Made by a program: the position numbers and the translations under genes. Positions 23,871 to 38,400 of a stretch of 64,000 nt of DNA are shown one piece after another. The notes under the pieces were generated by a model that had not been told where the DNA came from, searched no databases, and was given only the letters and a program-made list of their open reading frames with translations. The stretch comes from Auanema rhodensis (lineage: Eukaryota; Animalia; Nematoda). Each line of letters starts with the position of its first letter. Position 1 is the first letter of the stretch. Location: the NCBI GenBank assembly GCA_964057225.1, contig OZ059899.1, positions 806,001 through 870,000 of the forward strand, given 5' to 3'.

Positions 23871-26800
23871 TATGATTGTTTGAAAAATGATGCATTAGTG
23901 TATGTTGAGTTTCCATGTACACTCAACATTGCTTCCAAAAACATTTTGACAAAAATTTTTTCGAAAAATTTCAAGATAATTTAGCGAAAAGTAGATGTTT
24001 TTAGATTCCGTTTTTCAAGGCAAAGACGATGGACAATGTTATTCAACGAAAAAATTAATTCTTCAGGGTGAAAATCGAAGATATAAGTGTGAACTTATAT
24101 CAGTTGATATCTCGGTGCATTTTCAAGCTAGCGCAAATCTGATAACACAGATCGACGCAGCTCAAAAATCCGCATCGAATGCACTATACTACATTAAGAA
24201 ACGCTTAATACAAAAATTAGTTATGATCGTTTGAAAAATGATGCATTAGTGTATGTTGAGTTTCCATGTACACTCAACATTGCTTCCAAAAACATTTTGA
24301 CAAAAATTTTTTCGAAAAATTTCAAAATAATTTAGCGAAAAGTAGATGTTTTTAGATTCCGTTTTTCAAGGCAAAGACGATGGACAATGTTATTCAACGA
24401 AAAAAATAATTCTTCAGGGTGAAAATCGAGGATATAAGTGTGAACTTATATCAGTTGATATCTCGGTGCATTTTTAAGCTAGCGCAAATCTGATAACACA
24501 GATCGACGTAGCTTAAAAATCCGCATTGAATGCACTATACTACATTGAGAAACGCTTAATACAAAAATTAGTTATGATCGTTTGAAAAATGATGCATTAG
24601 TGTATGTTGAGTTTCCATGTACACTCAACATTGCTTCCAAAAACATTTTGACAAAAATTTTTTCGAAAAATTTCAAAATAATTTAGCGAAAAGTAGATGT
24701 TTTTAGATTCCGTTTTTCAAGGCAAAGACGATGGACAATGTTATTCAACGAAAAAAATAATTCTTCAGGGTGAAAATCGAGGATATAAGTGTGAACTTAT
24801 ATCAGTTGATATCTCGGTGCATTTTTAAGCTAGCGCAAATCTGATAACACAGATCGACGTAGCTTAAAAATCCGCATCGAATGCACTTTACTACATTGAG
24901 AAACGCTTAATACAAAAATTAGTTATGATCGTTTGAAAAATGATGCATTAGTGTATGTTGAGTTTCCATGTACACTCAACATTGCTTCCAAAAACATTTT
25001 GACAAAAATTTTTTCGAAAAATTTCAAGATAATTTAGCAAAAAGTAGATGTTTTTAGATTCCGTTTTTCAAGGCAAAGACGATGGACAATGTTATTCAAC
25101 GAAAAATTTAATTCTTCAGGGTGAAAATCGAGGATATAAGTGTGAACTTATATCAGTTGATATCTCGGTGCATTTTCAAGCTAGCGCAAATCTGATAACA
25201 CAGATCGACGCAGCTCAAAAATCCGCATCGAATGCACTATACTACATTGAGAAACGCTTAATACAAAAATTAGTTATGATCGTTTGAAAAATGATGCATT
25301 AGTGTATGTTGAGTTTCCATGTACACTCAACATTGCTTCCAAAAACATTTTGACAAAAATTTTTTCGAAAAATTTCAAGATAATTTAGCGAAAAGTAGAT
25401 GTTTTTAGATTCCGTTTTTCAAGGCAAAGACGATGGACAATGTTATTCAACGAAAAAATTAATTCTTCAGGGTGAAAATCGAAGATATAAGTGTGAACTT
25501 ATATCAGTTGATATCTCGGTGCATTTTCAAGCTAGCGCAAATCTGATAACACAGATCGACGCAGCTCAAAAATCCGCATCGAATGCACTATACTACATTA
25601 AGAAACGCTTAATACGAAAATTAGTTATGATCGTTTGAAAAATGATGCATTAGTGTATGTTGAGTTTCCATGTACACTCAACATTGCTTCCAAAAACATT
25701 TTGACAAAAATTTTTTCGAAAAATTTCAAGATAATTTAGCGAAAAGTAGATGTTTTTAGATTCCGTTTTTCAAGGCAAAGACGATGGACAATGTTATTCA
25801 ACGAAAAAAATAATTCTTCAGGGTGAAAATCGAGGATATAAGTGTGAACTTATATCAGTTGATATCTCGGTGCATTTTTAAGCTAGCGCAAATCTGATAA
25901 CACAGATCGACGTAGCTTAAAAATCCGCATCGAATGCACTATACTACATTGAGAAACGCTTAATACAAAAATTAGTTATGATCGTTTGAAAAATGATGCA
26001 TTAGTGTATGTTGAGTTTCCATGTACACTCAACATTGCTTCCAAAAACATTTTGACAAAAATTTTTTCGAAAAATTTCAAGATAATTTAGCAAAAAGTAG
26101 ATGTTTTTAGATTCCGTTTTTCAAGGCAAAGACGATGGACAATGTTATTCAACGAAAAATTTAATTCTTCAGGGTGAAAATCGAGGATATAAGTGTGAAC
26201 TTATATCAGTTGATATCTCGGTGCATTTTCAAGCTAGCGCAAATCTGATAACACAGATCGACGCAGCTCAAAAATCCGCATCGAATGCACTATACTACAT
26301 TAAGAAACGCTTAATACAAAAATTAGTTATGATCGTTTGAAAAATGATGCATTAGTGTATGTTGAGTTTCCATGTACACTCAACATTGCTTCCAAAAACA
26401 TTTTGACAAAAATTTTTTCGAAAAATTTCAAAATAATTTAGCGAAAAGTAGATGTTTTTAGATTCCGTTTTTCAAGGCAAAGACGATGGACAATGTTATT
26501 CATCGAAAAAATTAATTCTTCAGGGTGAAAATCGAGGATATAAGTGTGAACTTATATCAGTTGATATCTCGGTGCATTTTCAAGCTAGCGCAAATCTGAT
26601 AACACAGATCGACGCAGCTCAAAAATCCGCATCGAATGCACTATACTACATTGAGAAACGCTTAATACAAAAATTAGTTATGATCGTTTGAAAAATGATG
26701 CATTAGTGTATGTTGAGTTTCCATGTACACTCAACATTGCTTCCAAAAACATTTTGACAAAAATTTTTTCGAAAAATTTCAAAATAATTTAGCAAAAAGT

Positions 26801-29486
26801 AGATGTTTTTAGATTCCGTTTTTCAAGGCAAAGACGATGGACAATGTTATTCAACGAAAAAAATAATTTTTCAGGGTGAAAATCGAGGATATAAGTGTGA
26901 ACTTATATCAGTTGATATCTCGGTGCTTTTTTAAGCTAGCGCAAATCTGATAACACAGATCGACGCAGCTCAAAAATCCGCATCGAATGCACTATACTAC
27001 ATTGAGAAACGCTTAATACAAAAATTAGTTATGATCGTTTGAAAAATGATGCATTAGTGTATGTTGAGTTTCCATGTACACTCAACATTGCTTCCAAAAA
27101 CATTTTGACAAAAATTTTTTCGAAAAATTTCAAAATAATTTAGCAAAAAGTAGATGTTTTTAGATTCCGTTTTTCAAGGCAAAGACGATGGACAATGTTA
27201 TTCAACGAAAAAAATAATTTTTCAGGGTGAAAATCGAGGATATAAGTGTGAACTTATATCAGTTGATATCTCGGTGCTTTTTTAAGCTAGCGCAAATCTG
27301 ATAACACAGATCGACGCAGCTCAAAAATCCGCATCGAATGCACTATACTACATTGAGAAACGCTTAATACAAAAATTAGTTATGATTGTTTGAAAAATGA
27401 TGCATTAGTGTATGTTGAGTTTCCATGTACACTCAACATTGCTTCCAAAAACATTTTGACAAAAATTTTTTCGAAAAATTTCAAAATAATTTAGCAAAAA
27501 GTAGATGTTTTTAGATTCCGTTTTTCAAGGCAAAGACGATGGACAATGTTATTCAACGAAAAAAATAATTTTTCAGGGTGAAAATCGAGGATATAAGTGT
27601 GAACTTATATCAGTTGATATCTCGGTGCTTTTTTAAGCTAGCGCAAATCTGATAACACAGATCGACGCAGCTCAAAAATCCGCATCGAATGCACTATACT
27701 ACATTGAGAAACGCTTAATACAAAAATTAGTTATGATTGTTTGAAAAATGATGCATTAGTGTATGTTGAGTTTCCATGTACACTCAACATTGCTTCCAAA
27801 AACATTTTGACAAAAATTTTTTCGAAAAATTTCAAAATAATTTAGCAAAAAGTAGATGTTTTTAGATTCCGTTTTTCAAGGCAAAGACGATGGACAATGT
27901 TATTCAACGAAAAAAATAATTTTTCAGGGTGAAAATCGAGGATATAAGTGTGAACTTATATCAGTTGATATCTCGGTGCTTTTTTAAGCTAGCGCAAATC
28001 TGATAACACAGATCGACGCAGCTCAAAAATCCGCATCGAATGCACTATACTACATTGAGAAACGCTTAATACAAAAATTAGTTATGATTGTTTGAAAAAT
28101 GATGCATTAGTGTATGTTGAGTTTCCATGTACACTCAACATTGCTTCCAAAAACATTTTGACAAAAATTTTTTCGAAAAATTTCAAGATAATTTAGCAAA
28201 AAGTAGATGTTTTTAGATTCCGTTTTTCAAGGCAAAGACGATGGACAATGTTATTCAACGAAAAAATTAATTCTTCAGGGTGAAAATCGAGGATATAAGT
28301 GTGAACTTATATCAGTTGATATCTCGGTGCATTTTCAAGCTAGCGCAAATCTGATAACACAGATCGACGCAGCTCAAAAATCCGCATCGAATGCACTATA
28401 CTACATTAAGAAACGCTTAATACAAAAATTAGTTATGATCGTTTGAAAAATGATGCATTAGTGTATGTTGAGTTTCCATGTACACTCAACATTGCTTCCA
28501 AAAACATTTTGACAAAAATTTTTTCGAAAAATTTCAAAATAATTTAGCAAAAAGTAGATGTTTTTAGATTCCGTTTTTCAAGGCAAAGACGATGGACAAT
28601 GTTATTCAACGAAAAAAATAATTTTTCAGGGTGAAAATCGAGGATATAAGTGTGAACTTATATCAGTTGATATCTCGGTGCTTTTTTAAGCTAGCGCAAA
28701 TCTGATAACACAGATCGACGCAGCTCAAAAATCCGCATCGAATGCACTATACTACATTGAGAAACGCTTAATACAAAAATTAGTTATGATTGTTTGAAAA
28801 ATGATGCATTAGTGTATGTTGAGTTTCCATGTACACTCAACATTGCTTCCAAAAACATTTTGACAAAAATTTTTTCGAAAAATTTCAAGATAATTTAGCA
28901 AAAAGTAGATGTTTTTAGATTCCGTTTTTCAAGGCAAAGACGATGGACAATGTTATTCAACGAAAAAATTAATTCTTCAGGGTGAAAATCGAGGATATAA
29001 GTGTGAACTTATATCAGTTGATATCTCGGTGCATTTTCAAGCTAGCGCAAATCTGATAACACAGATCGACGCAGCTCAAAAATCCGCATCGAATGCACTA
29101 TACTACATTAAGAAACGCTTAATACAAAAATTAGTTATGATCGTTTGAAAAATGATGCATTAGTGTATGTTGAGTTTCCATGTACACTCAACATTGCTTC
29201 CAAAAACATTTTGACAAAAATTTTTTCGAAAAATTTCAAAATAATTTAGCGAAAAGTAGATGTTTTTAGATTCCGTTTTTCAAGGCAAAGACGATGGACA
29301 ATGTTATTCTTCGAAAAAATTAATTCTTCAGGGTGAAAATCGAGGATATAAGTGTGAACTTATATCAGTTGATATCTCGGTGCATTTTCAAGCTAGCGCA
29401 AATCTGATAACACAGATCGACGCAGCTCAAAAATCCGCATCGAATGCACTATACTACATTGAAAAACGCTTAATACAAAAATTAGT
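23871..29486 (+). repeat. Large HOR copy 3 (partial, with an extra internal dimer at ~28434-29135)
   Basis: Collinear with copies 1 and 2 for 13 monomers. A duplicated dimer follows, then the tcttcg monomer, then the order breaks down. Confidence 0.82.
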
Positions 29487-32400
29487 TATGATCGTTTGAA
29501 AAATGATGCATTAGTGTATGTTGAGTTTCCATGTACACTCAACATTGCTTCCAAAAACATTTTGACAAAAATTTTTTCGAAAAATTTCAAAATAATTTAG
29601 CAAAAAGTAGATGTTTTTAGATTCCGTTTTTCAAGGCAAAGACGATGGACAATGTTATTCAACGAAAAAAATAATTCTTCAGGGTGAAAATCGAGGATAT
29701 AAGTGTGAACTTATATCAGTTGATATCTCGGTGCTTTTTTAAGCTAGCGCAAATCTGATAACACAGATCGACGCAGCTCAAAAATCCGCATCGAATGCAC
29801 TATACTACATTGAGAAACGCTTAATACAAAAATTAGTTATGATTGTTTGAAAAATGATGCATTAGTGTATGTTGAGTTTCCATGTACACTCAACATTGCT
29901 TCCAAAAACATTTTGACAAAAATTTTTTCGAAAAATTTCAAGATAATTTAGCGAAAAGTAGATGTTTTTAGATTCCGTTTTTCAAGGCAAAGACGATGGA
30001 CAATGTTATTCAACGAAAAAATTAATTCTTCAGGGTGAAAATCGAGGATATAAGTGTGAACTTATATCAGTTGATATCTCGGTGCATTTTCAAGCTAGCG
30101 CAAATCTGATAACACAGATCGACGCAGCTCAAAAATCCGCATCGAATGCACTATACTACATTGAGAAACGCTTAATACAAAAATTAGTTATGATCGTTTG
30201 AAAAATGATGCATTAGTGTATGTTGAGTTTCCATGTACACTCAACATTGCTTCCAAAAACATTTTGACAAAAATTTTTTCGAAAAATTTCAAAATAATTT
30301 AGCGAAAAGTAGATGTTTTTAGATTCCGTTTTTCAAGGCAAAGACGATGGACAATGTTATTCTTCGAAAAAATTAATTCTTCAGGGTGAAAATCGAGGAT
30401 ATAAGTGTGAACTTATATCAGTTGATATCTCGGTGCATTTTCAAGCTAGCGCAAATCTGATAACACAGATCGACGCAGCTCAAAAATCCGCATCGAATGC
30501 ACTATACTACATTGAAAAACGCTTAATACAAAAATTAGTTATGATCGTTTGAAAAATGATGCATTAGTGTATGTTGAGTTTCCATGTACACTCAACATTG
30601 CTTCCAAAAACATTTTGACAAAAATTTTTTCGAAAAATTTCAAAATAATTTAGCAAAAAGTAGATGTTTTTAGATTCCGTTTTTCAAGGCAAAGACGATG
30701 GACAATGTTATTCAACGAAAAAAATAATTCTTCAGGGTTAAAATCGAGGATATAAGTGTGAACTTATATCAGTTGATATCTCGGTGCTTTTTTAAGCTAG
30801 CGCAAATCTGATAACACAGATCGACGCAGCTCAAAAATCCGCATCGAATGCACTATACTACATTGAAAAACGCTTAATACAAAAATTAGTTATGATCGTT
30901 TGAAAAATGATGCATTAGTGTATGTTGAGTTTCCATGTACACTCAACATTGCTTCCAAAAACATTTTGACAAAAATTTTTTCGAAAAATTTCAAAATAAT
31001 TTAGCGAAAAGTAGATGTTTTTAGATTCCGTTTTTCAAGGCAAAGACGATGGACAATGTTATTCAACGAAAAAATTAATTCTTCAGGGTGAAAATCGAGG
31101 ATATAAGTGTGAACTTATATCAGTTGATATCTCGGTGCATTTTCAAGCTAGCGCAAATCTGATAACACAGATCGACGCAGCTCAAAAATCCGCATCGAAT
31201 GCACTATACTACATTGAGAAACGCTTAATACAAAAATTAGTTATGATCGTTTGAAAAATGATGCATTAGTGTATGTTGAGTTTCCATGTACACTCAACAT
31301 TGCTTCCAAAAACATTTTGACAAAAATTTTTTCGAAAAATTTCAAGATAATTTAGCGAAAAGTAGATGTTTTTAGATTCCGTTTTTCAAGGCAAAGACGA
31401 TGGACAATGTTATTCAACGAAAAAATTAATTCTTCAGGGTGAAAATCGAGGATATAAGTGTGAACTTATATCAGTTGATATCTCGGTGCATTTTCAAGCT
31501 AGCGCAAATCTGATAACACAGATCGACGCAGCTCAAAAATCCGCATCGAATGCACTATACTACATTAAGAAACGCTTAATACAAAAATTAGTTATGATCG
31601 TTTGAAAAATGATGCATTAGTGTATGTTGAGTTTCCATGTACACTCAACATTGCTTCCAAAAACATTTTGACAAAAATTTTTTCGAAAAATTTCAAAATA
31701 ATTTAGCAAAAAGTAGATGTTTTTAGATTCCGTTTTTCAAGGCAAAGACGATGGACAATGTTATTCAACGAAAAAAATAATTCTTCAGGGTTAAAATCGA
31801 GGATATAAGTGTGAACTTATATCAGTTGATATCTCGGTGCTTTTTTAAGCTAGCGCAAATCTGATAACACAGATCGACGCAGCTCAAAAATCCGCATCGA
31901 ATGCACTATACTACATTGAGAAACGCTTAATACAAAAATTAGTTATGATTGTTTGAAAAATGATGCATTAGTGTATGTTGAGTTTCCATGTACACTCAAC
32001 ATTGCTTCCAAAAACATTTTGACAAAAATTTTTTCGAAAAATTTCAAGATAATTTAGCGAAAAGTAGATGTTTTTAGATTCCGTTTTTCAAGGCAAAGAC
32101 GATGGACAATGTTATTCAACGAAAAAATTAATTCTTCAGGGTGAAAATCGAGGATATAAGTGTGAACTTATATCAGTTGATATCTCGGTGCATTTTCAAG
32201 CTAGCGCAAATCTGATAACACAGATCGACGCAGCTCAAAAATCCGCATCGAATGCACTATACTACATTGAGAAACGCTTAATACAAAAATTAGTTATGAT
32301 CGTTTGAAAAATGATGCATTAGTGTATGTTGAGTTTCCATGTACACTCAACATTGCTTCCAAAAACATTTTGACAAAAATTTTTTCGAAAAATTTCAAGA

Positions 32401-35400
32401 TAATTTAGCGAAAAGTAGATGTTTTTAGATTCCGTTTTTCAAGGCAAAGACGATGGACAATGTTATTCAACGAAAAAATTAATTCTTCAGGGTGAAAATC
32501 GAGGATATAAGTGTGAACTTATATCAGTTGATATCTCGGTGCATTTTCAAGCTAGCGCAAATCTGATAACACAGATCGACGCAGCTCAAAAATCCGCATC
32601 GAATGCACTATACTACATTAAGAAACGCTTAATACAAAAATTAGTTATGATCGTTTGAAAAATGATGCATTAGTGTATGTTGAGTTTCCATGTACACTCA
32701 ACATTGCTTCCAAAAACATTTTGACAAAAATTTTTTTCGAAAAATTTCAAAATAATTTAGCGAAAAGTAGATGTTTTTAGATTCCGTTTTTCAAGGCAAA
32801 GACGATGGACAATGTTATTCATCGAAAAAATTAATTCTTCAGGGTGAAAATCGAGGATATAAGTGTGAACTTATATCAGTTGATATCTCGGTGCATTTTC
32901 AAGCTAGCGCAAATCTGATAACACAGATCGACGCAGCTCAAAAATCCGCATCGAATGCACTATACTACATTGAGAAACGCTTAATACAAAAATTAGTTAT
33001 GATTGTTTGAAAAATGATGCATTAGTGTATGTTGAGTTTCCATGTACACTCAACATTGCTTCCAAAAACATTTTGACAAAAATTTTTTCGAAAAATTTCA
33101 AGATAATTTAGCGAAAAGTAGATGTTTTTAGATTCCGTTTTTCAAGGCAAAGACGATGGACAATGTTATTCAACGAAAAAAATAATTCTTCAGGGTGAAA
33201 ATCGAGGATATAAGTGTGAACTTATATCAGTTGATATCTCGGTGCTTTTTTAAGCTAGCGCAAATCTGATAACACAGATCGACGCAGCTCAAAAATCCGC
33301 ATCGAATGCACTATACTACATTGAGAAACGCTTAATACAAAAATTAGTTATGATTGTTTGAAAAATGATGCATTAGTGTATGTTGAGTTTCCATGTACAC
33401 TCAACATTGCTTCCAAAAACATTTTGACAAAAATTTTTTCGAAAAATTTCAAGATAATTTAGCGAAAAGTAGATGTTTTTAGATTCCGTTTTTCAAGGCA
33501 AAGACGATGGACAATGTTATTCAACGAAAAAATTAATTCTTCAGGGTGAAAATCGAGGATATAAGTGTGAACTTATATCAGTTGATATCTCGGTGCATTT
33601 TCAAGCTAGCGCAAATCTGATAACACAGATCGACGCAGCTCAAAAATCCGCATCGAATGCACTATACTACATTGAGAAACGCTTAATACAAAAATTAGTT
33701 ATGATCGTTTGAAAAATGATGCATTAGTGTATGTTGAGTTTCCATGTACACTCAACATTGCTTCCAAAAACATTTTGACAAAAATTTTTTCGAAAAATTT
33801 CAAGATAATTTAGCGAAAAGTAGATGTTTTTAGATTCCGTTTTTCAAGGCAAAGACGATGGACAATGTTATTCAACGAAAAAATTAATTCTTCAGGGTGA
33901 AAATCGAGGATATAAGTGTGAACTTATATCAGTTGATATCTCGGTGCATTTTCAAGCTAGCGCAAATCTGATAACACAGATCGACGCAGCTCAAAAATCC
34001 GCATCGAATGCACTATACTACAATGAGAAACGCTTAATACAAAAATTAGTTATGATCGTTTGAAAAATGATGCATTAGTGTATGTTGAGTTTCCATGTAC
34101 ACTCAACATTGCTTCCAAAAACATTTTGACAAAAATTTTTTCGAAAAATTTCAAGATAATTTAGCGAAAAGTAGATGTTTTTAGATTCCGTTTTTCAAGG
34201 CAAAGACGATGGACAATGTTATTCAACGAAAAAAATAATTCTTCAGGGTGAAAATCGAGGATATAAGTGTGAACTTATATCAGTTGATATCTCGGTGCTT
34301 TTTTAAGCTAGCGCAAATCTGATAACACAGATCGACGCAGCTCAAAAATCCGCATTGAATGCACTATACTACATTGAGAAACGCTTAATACAAAAATTAG
34401 TTATGATTGTTTGAAAAATGATGCATTAGTGTATGTTGAGTTTCCATGTACACTCAACATTGCTTCCAAAAACATTTTGACAAAAATTTTTTCGAAAAAT
34501 TTCAAGATAATTTAGCGAAAAGTAGATGTTTTTAGATTCCGTTTTTCAAGGCAAAGACGATGGACAATGTTATTCAACGAAAAAATTAATTCTTCAGGGT
34601 GAAAATCGAGGATATAAGTGTGAACTTATATCAGTTGATATCTCGGTGCATTTTCAAGCTAGCGCAAATCTGATAACACAGATCGACGCAGCTCAAAAAT
34701 CCGCATCGAATGCACTATACTACATTAAGAAACGCTTAATACAAAAATTAGTTATGATCGTTTGAAAAATGATGCATTAGTGTATGTTGAGTTTCCATGT
34801 ACACTCAACATTGCTTCCAAAAACATTTTGACAAAAATTTTTTTCGAAAAATTTCAAAATAATTTAGCGAAAAGTAGATGTTTTTAGATTCCGTTTTTCA
34901 AGGCAAAGACGATGGACAATGTTATTCATCGAAAAAATTAATTCTTCAGGGTGAAAATCGAGGATATAAGTGTGAACTTATATCAGTTGATATCTCGGTG
35001 CATTTTCAAGCTAGCGCAAATCTGATAACACAGATCGACGCAGCTCAAAAATCCGCATCGAATGCACTATACTACATTGAGAAACGCTTAATACAAAAAT
35101 TAGTTATGATCGTTTGAAAAATGATGCATTAGTGTATGTTGAGTTTCCATGTACACTCAACATTGCTTCCAAAAACATTTTGACAAAAATTTTTTCGAAA
35201 AATTTCAAGATAATTTAGCGAAAAGTAGATGTTTTTAGATTCCGTTTTTCAAGGCAAAGACGATGGACAATGTTATTCAACGAAAAAAATAATTCTTCAG
35301 GGTGAAAATCGAGGATATAAGTGTGAACTTATATCAGTTGATATCTCGGTGCTTTTTTAAGCTAGCGCAAATCTGATAACACAGATCGACGCAGCTCAAA

Positions 35401-38400
35401 AATCCGCATCGAATGCACTATACTACATTGAGAAACGCTTAATACAAAAATTAGTTATGATTGTTTGAAAAATGATGCATTAGTGTATGTTGAGTTTCCA
35501 TGTACACTCAACATTGCTTCCAAAAACATTTTGACAAAAATTTTTTCGAAAAATTTCAAGATAATTTAGCGAAAAGTAGATGTTTTTAGATTCCGTTTTT
35601 CAAGGCAAAGACGATGGACAATGTTATTCAACGAAAAAATTAATTCTTCAGGGTGAAAATCGAGGATATAAGTGTGAACTTATATCAGTTGATATCTCGG
35701 TGCATTTTCAAGCTAGCGCAAATCTGATAACACAGATCGACGCAGCTCAAAAATCCGCATCGAATGCACTATACTACATTAAGAAACGCTTAATACAAAA
35801 ATTAGTTATGATCGTTTGAAAAATGATGCATTAGTGTATGTTGAGTTTCCATGTACACTCAACATTGCTTCCAAAAACATTTTGACAAAAATTTTTTTCG
35901 AAAAATTTCAAAATAATTTAGCGAAAAGTAGATGTTTTTAGATTCCGTTTTTCAAGGCAAAGACGATGGACAATGTTATTCATCGAAAAAATTAATTCTT
36001 CAGGGTGAAAATCGAGGATATAAGTGTGAACTTATATCAGTTGATATCTCGGTGCTTTTTTAAGCTAGCGCAAATCTGATAACACAGATCGACGCAGCTC
36101 AAAAATCCGCATCGAATGCACTATACTACATTGAGAAACGCTTAATACAAAAATTAGTTATGATTGTTTGAAAAATGATGCATTAGTGTATGTTGAGTTT
36201 CCATGTACACTCAACATTGCTTCCAAAAACATTTTGACAAAAATTTTTTCGAAAAATTTCAAGATAATTTAGCGAAAAGTAGATGTTTTTAGATTCCGTT
36301 TTTCAAGGCAAAGACGATGGACAATGTTATTCAACGAAAAAATTAATTCTTCAGGGTGAAAATCGAGGATATAAGTGTGAACTTATATCAGTTGATATCT
36401 CGGTGCATTTTCAAGCTAGCGCAAATCTGATAACACAGATCGACGCAGCTCAAAAATCCGCATCGAATGCACTATACTACATTGAGAAACGCTTAATACA
36501 AAAATTAGTTATGATCGTTTGAAAAATGATGCATTAGTGTATGTTGAGTTTCCATGTACACTCAACATTGCTTCCAAAAACATTTTGACAAAAATTTTTT
36601 CGAAAAATTTCAAGATAATTTAGCGAAAAGTAGATGTTTTTAGATTCCGTTTTTCAAGGCAAAGACGATGGACAATGTTATTCAACGAAAAAATTAATTC
36701 TTCAGGGTGAAAATCGAGGATATAAGTGTGAACTTATATCAGTTGATATCTCGGTGCATTTTCAAGCTAGCGCAAATCTGATAACACAGATCGACGCAGC
36801 TCAAAAATCCGCATCGAATGCACTATACTACATTAAGAAACGCTTAATACAAAAATTAGTTATGATCGTTTGAAAAATGATGCATTAGTGTATGTTGAGT
36901 TTCCATGTACACTCAACATTGCTTCCAAAAACATTTTGACAAAAATTTTTTCGAAAAATTTCAAGATAATTTAGCGAAAAGTAGATGTTTTTAGATTCCG
37001 TTTTTCAAGGCAAAGACGATGGACAATGTTATTCAACGAAAAAATTAATTCTTCAGGGTGAAAATCGAGGATATAAGTGTGAACTTATATCAGTTGATAT
37101 CTCGGTGCATTTTCAAGCTAGCGCAAATCTGATAACACAGATCGACGCAGCTCAAAAATCCGCATCGAATGCACTATACTAAATTAAGAAACGCTTAATA
37201 CAAAAATTAGTTATGATCGTTTGAAAAATGATGCATTAGTGTATGTTGAGTTTCCATGTACACTCAACATTGCTTCCAAAAACATTTTGACAAAAATTTT
37301 TTTCGAAAAATTTCAAAATAATTTAGCGAAAAGTAGATGTTTTTAGATTTCGTTTTTCAAGGCAAAGACGATGGACAATGTTATTCATCGAAAAAATTAA
37401 TTCTTCAGGGTGAAAATCGAGGATATAAGTGTGAACTTATATCAGTTGATATCTCGGTGCATTTTCAAGCTAGCGCAAATCTGATACCACAGATCGACGC
37501 AGCTCAAAAATCCGCATCGAATGCACTATACTACATTAAGAAACGCTTAATACAAAAATTAGTTATGATCGTTTGAAAAATGATGCATTAGTGTATGTTG
37601 AGTTTCCATGTACACTCAACATTGCTTCCAAAAACATTTTGACAAAAATTTTTTCGAAAAATTTCAAGATAATTTAGCAAAAAGTAGATGTTTTTAGATT
37701 CCTTTTTTCAAGGCAAAGACGATCGACAATGTTATTCAACGAAAAAATTAATTCTTCAGGGTAAAAATCGAGGATATATGTGTGAACTCATATCAGTTGA
37801 TATCTCGGTGCATTTTTAAGCTAGCGCAAATCTGATAACACAGATCGACGCAGCTCAACAATCCGCATCGAATGCACTATACTACATTGAGAAACGCTTA
37901 ATACAAAAATTAGTTATGATTGTTTGAAAAATGATGCATTAGTGTATGTTGAGTTTCCATGTACACTCAACATTGCTTCCAAAAACATTTTGACAAAAAT
38001 TTTTTCGAAAAATTTCAAGATAATTTAGCGAAAAGTAGATGTTTTTAGATTCCGTTTTTCAAGGCAAAGACGATGGACAATGTTATTCAACGAAAAAATT
38101 AATTCTTCAGGGTGAAAATCGAGGATATAAGTGTGAACTTATATCAGTTGATATCTCGGTGCATTTTCAAGCTAGCGCAAAACTGATAACACAGATCGAC
38201 GCAGCTTAAAAATCCGCATCGAATGCGCTATACTACATTGAGAAACGCTTAATACAAGAATTAGTTATGATTGTTTGAAAAATGATGCATTAGTGTATGT
38301 TGAGTTTCCATGTACACTCAACATTGCTTCCAAAAACATTTTGACAAAAATTTTTTCGAAAAATTTCAAGATAATTTAGCGAAAAGTAGATGTTTTTAGA

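Larger units (their letters stand above)
1..37563 (+). repeat. Satellite subfamily A domain (107 monomers)
   Basis: Diagnostic variants: cgaagat, aaaattta, tcatcg/tcttcg, cattaag, gacgtagctta, aataatttttc, gggttaaa and a T7 run. Confidence 0.85.
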
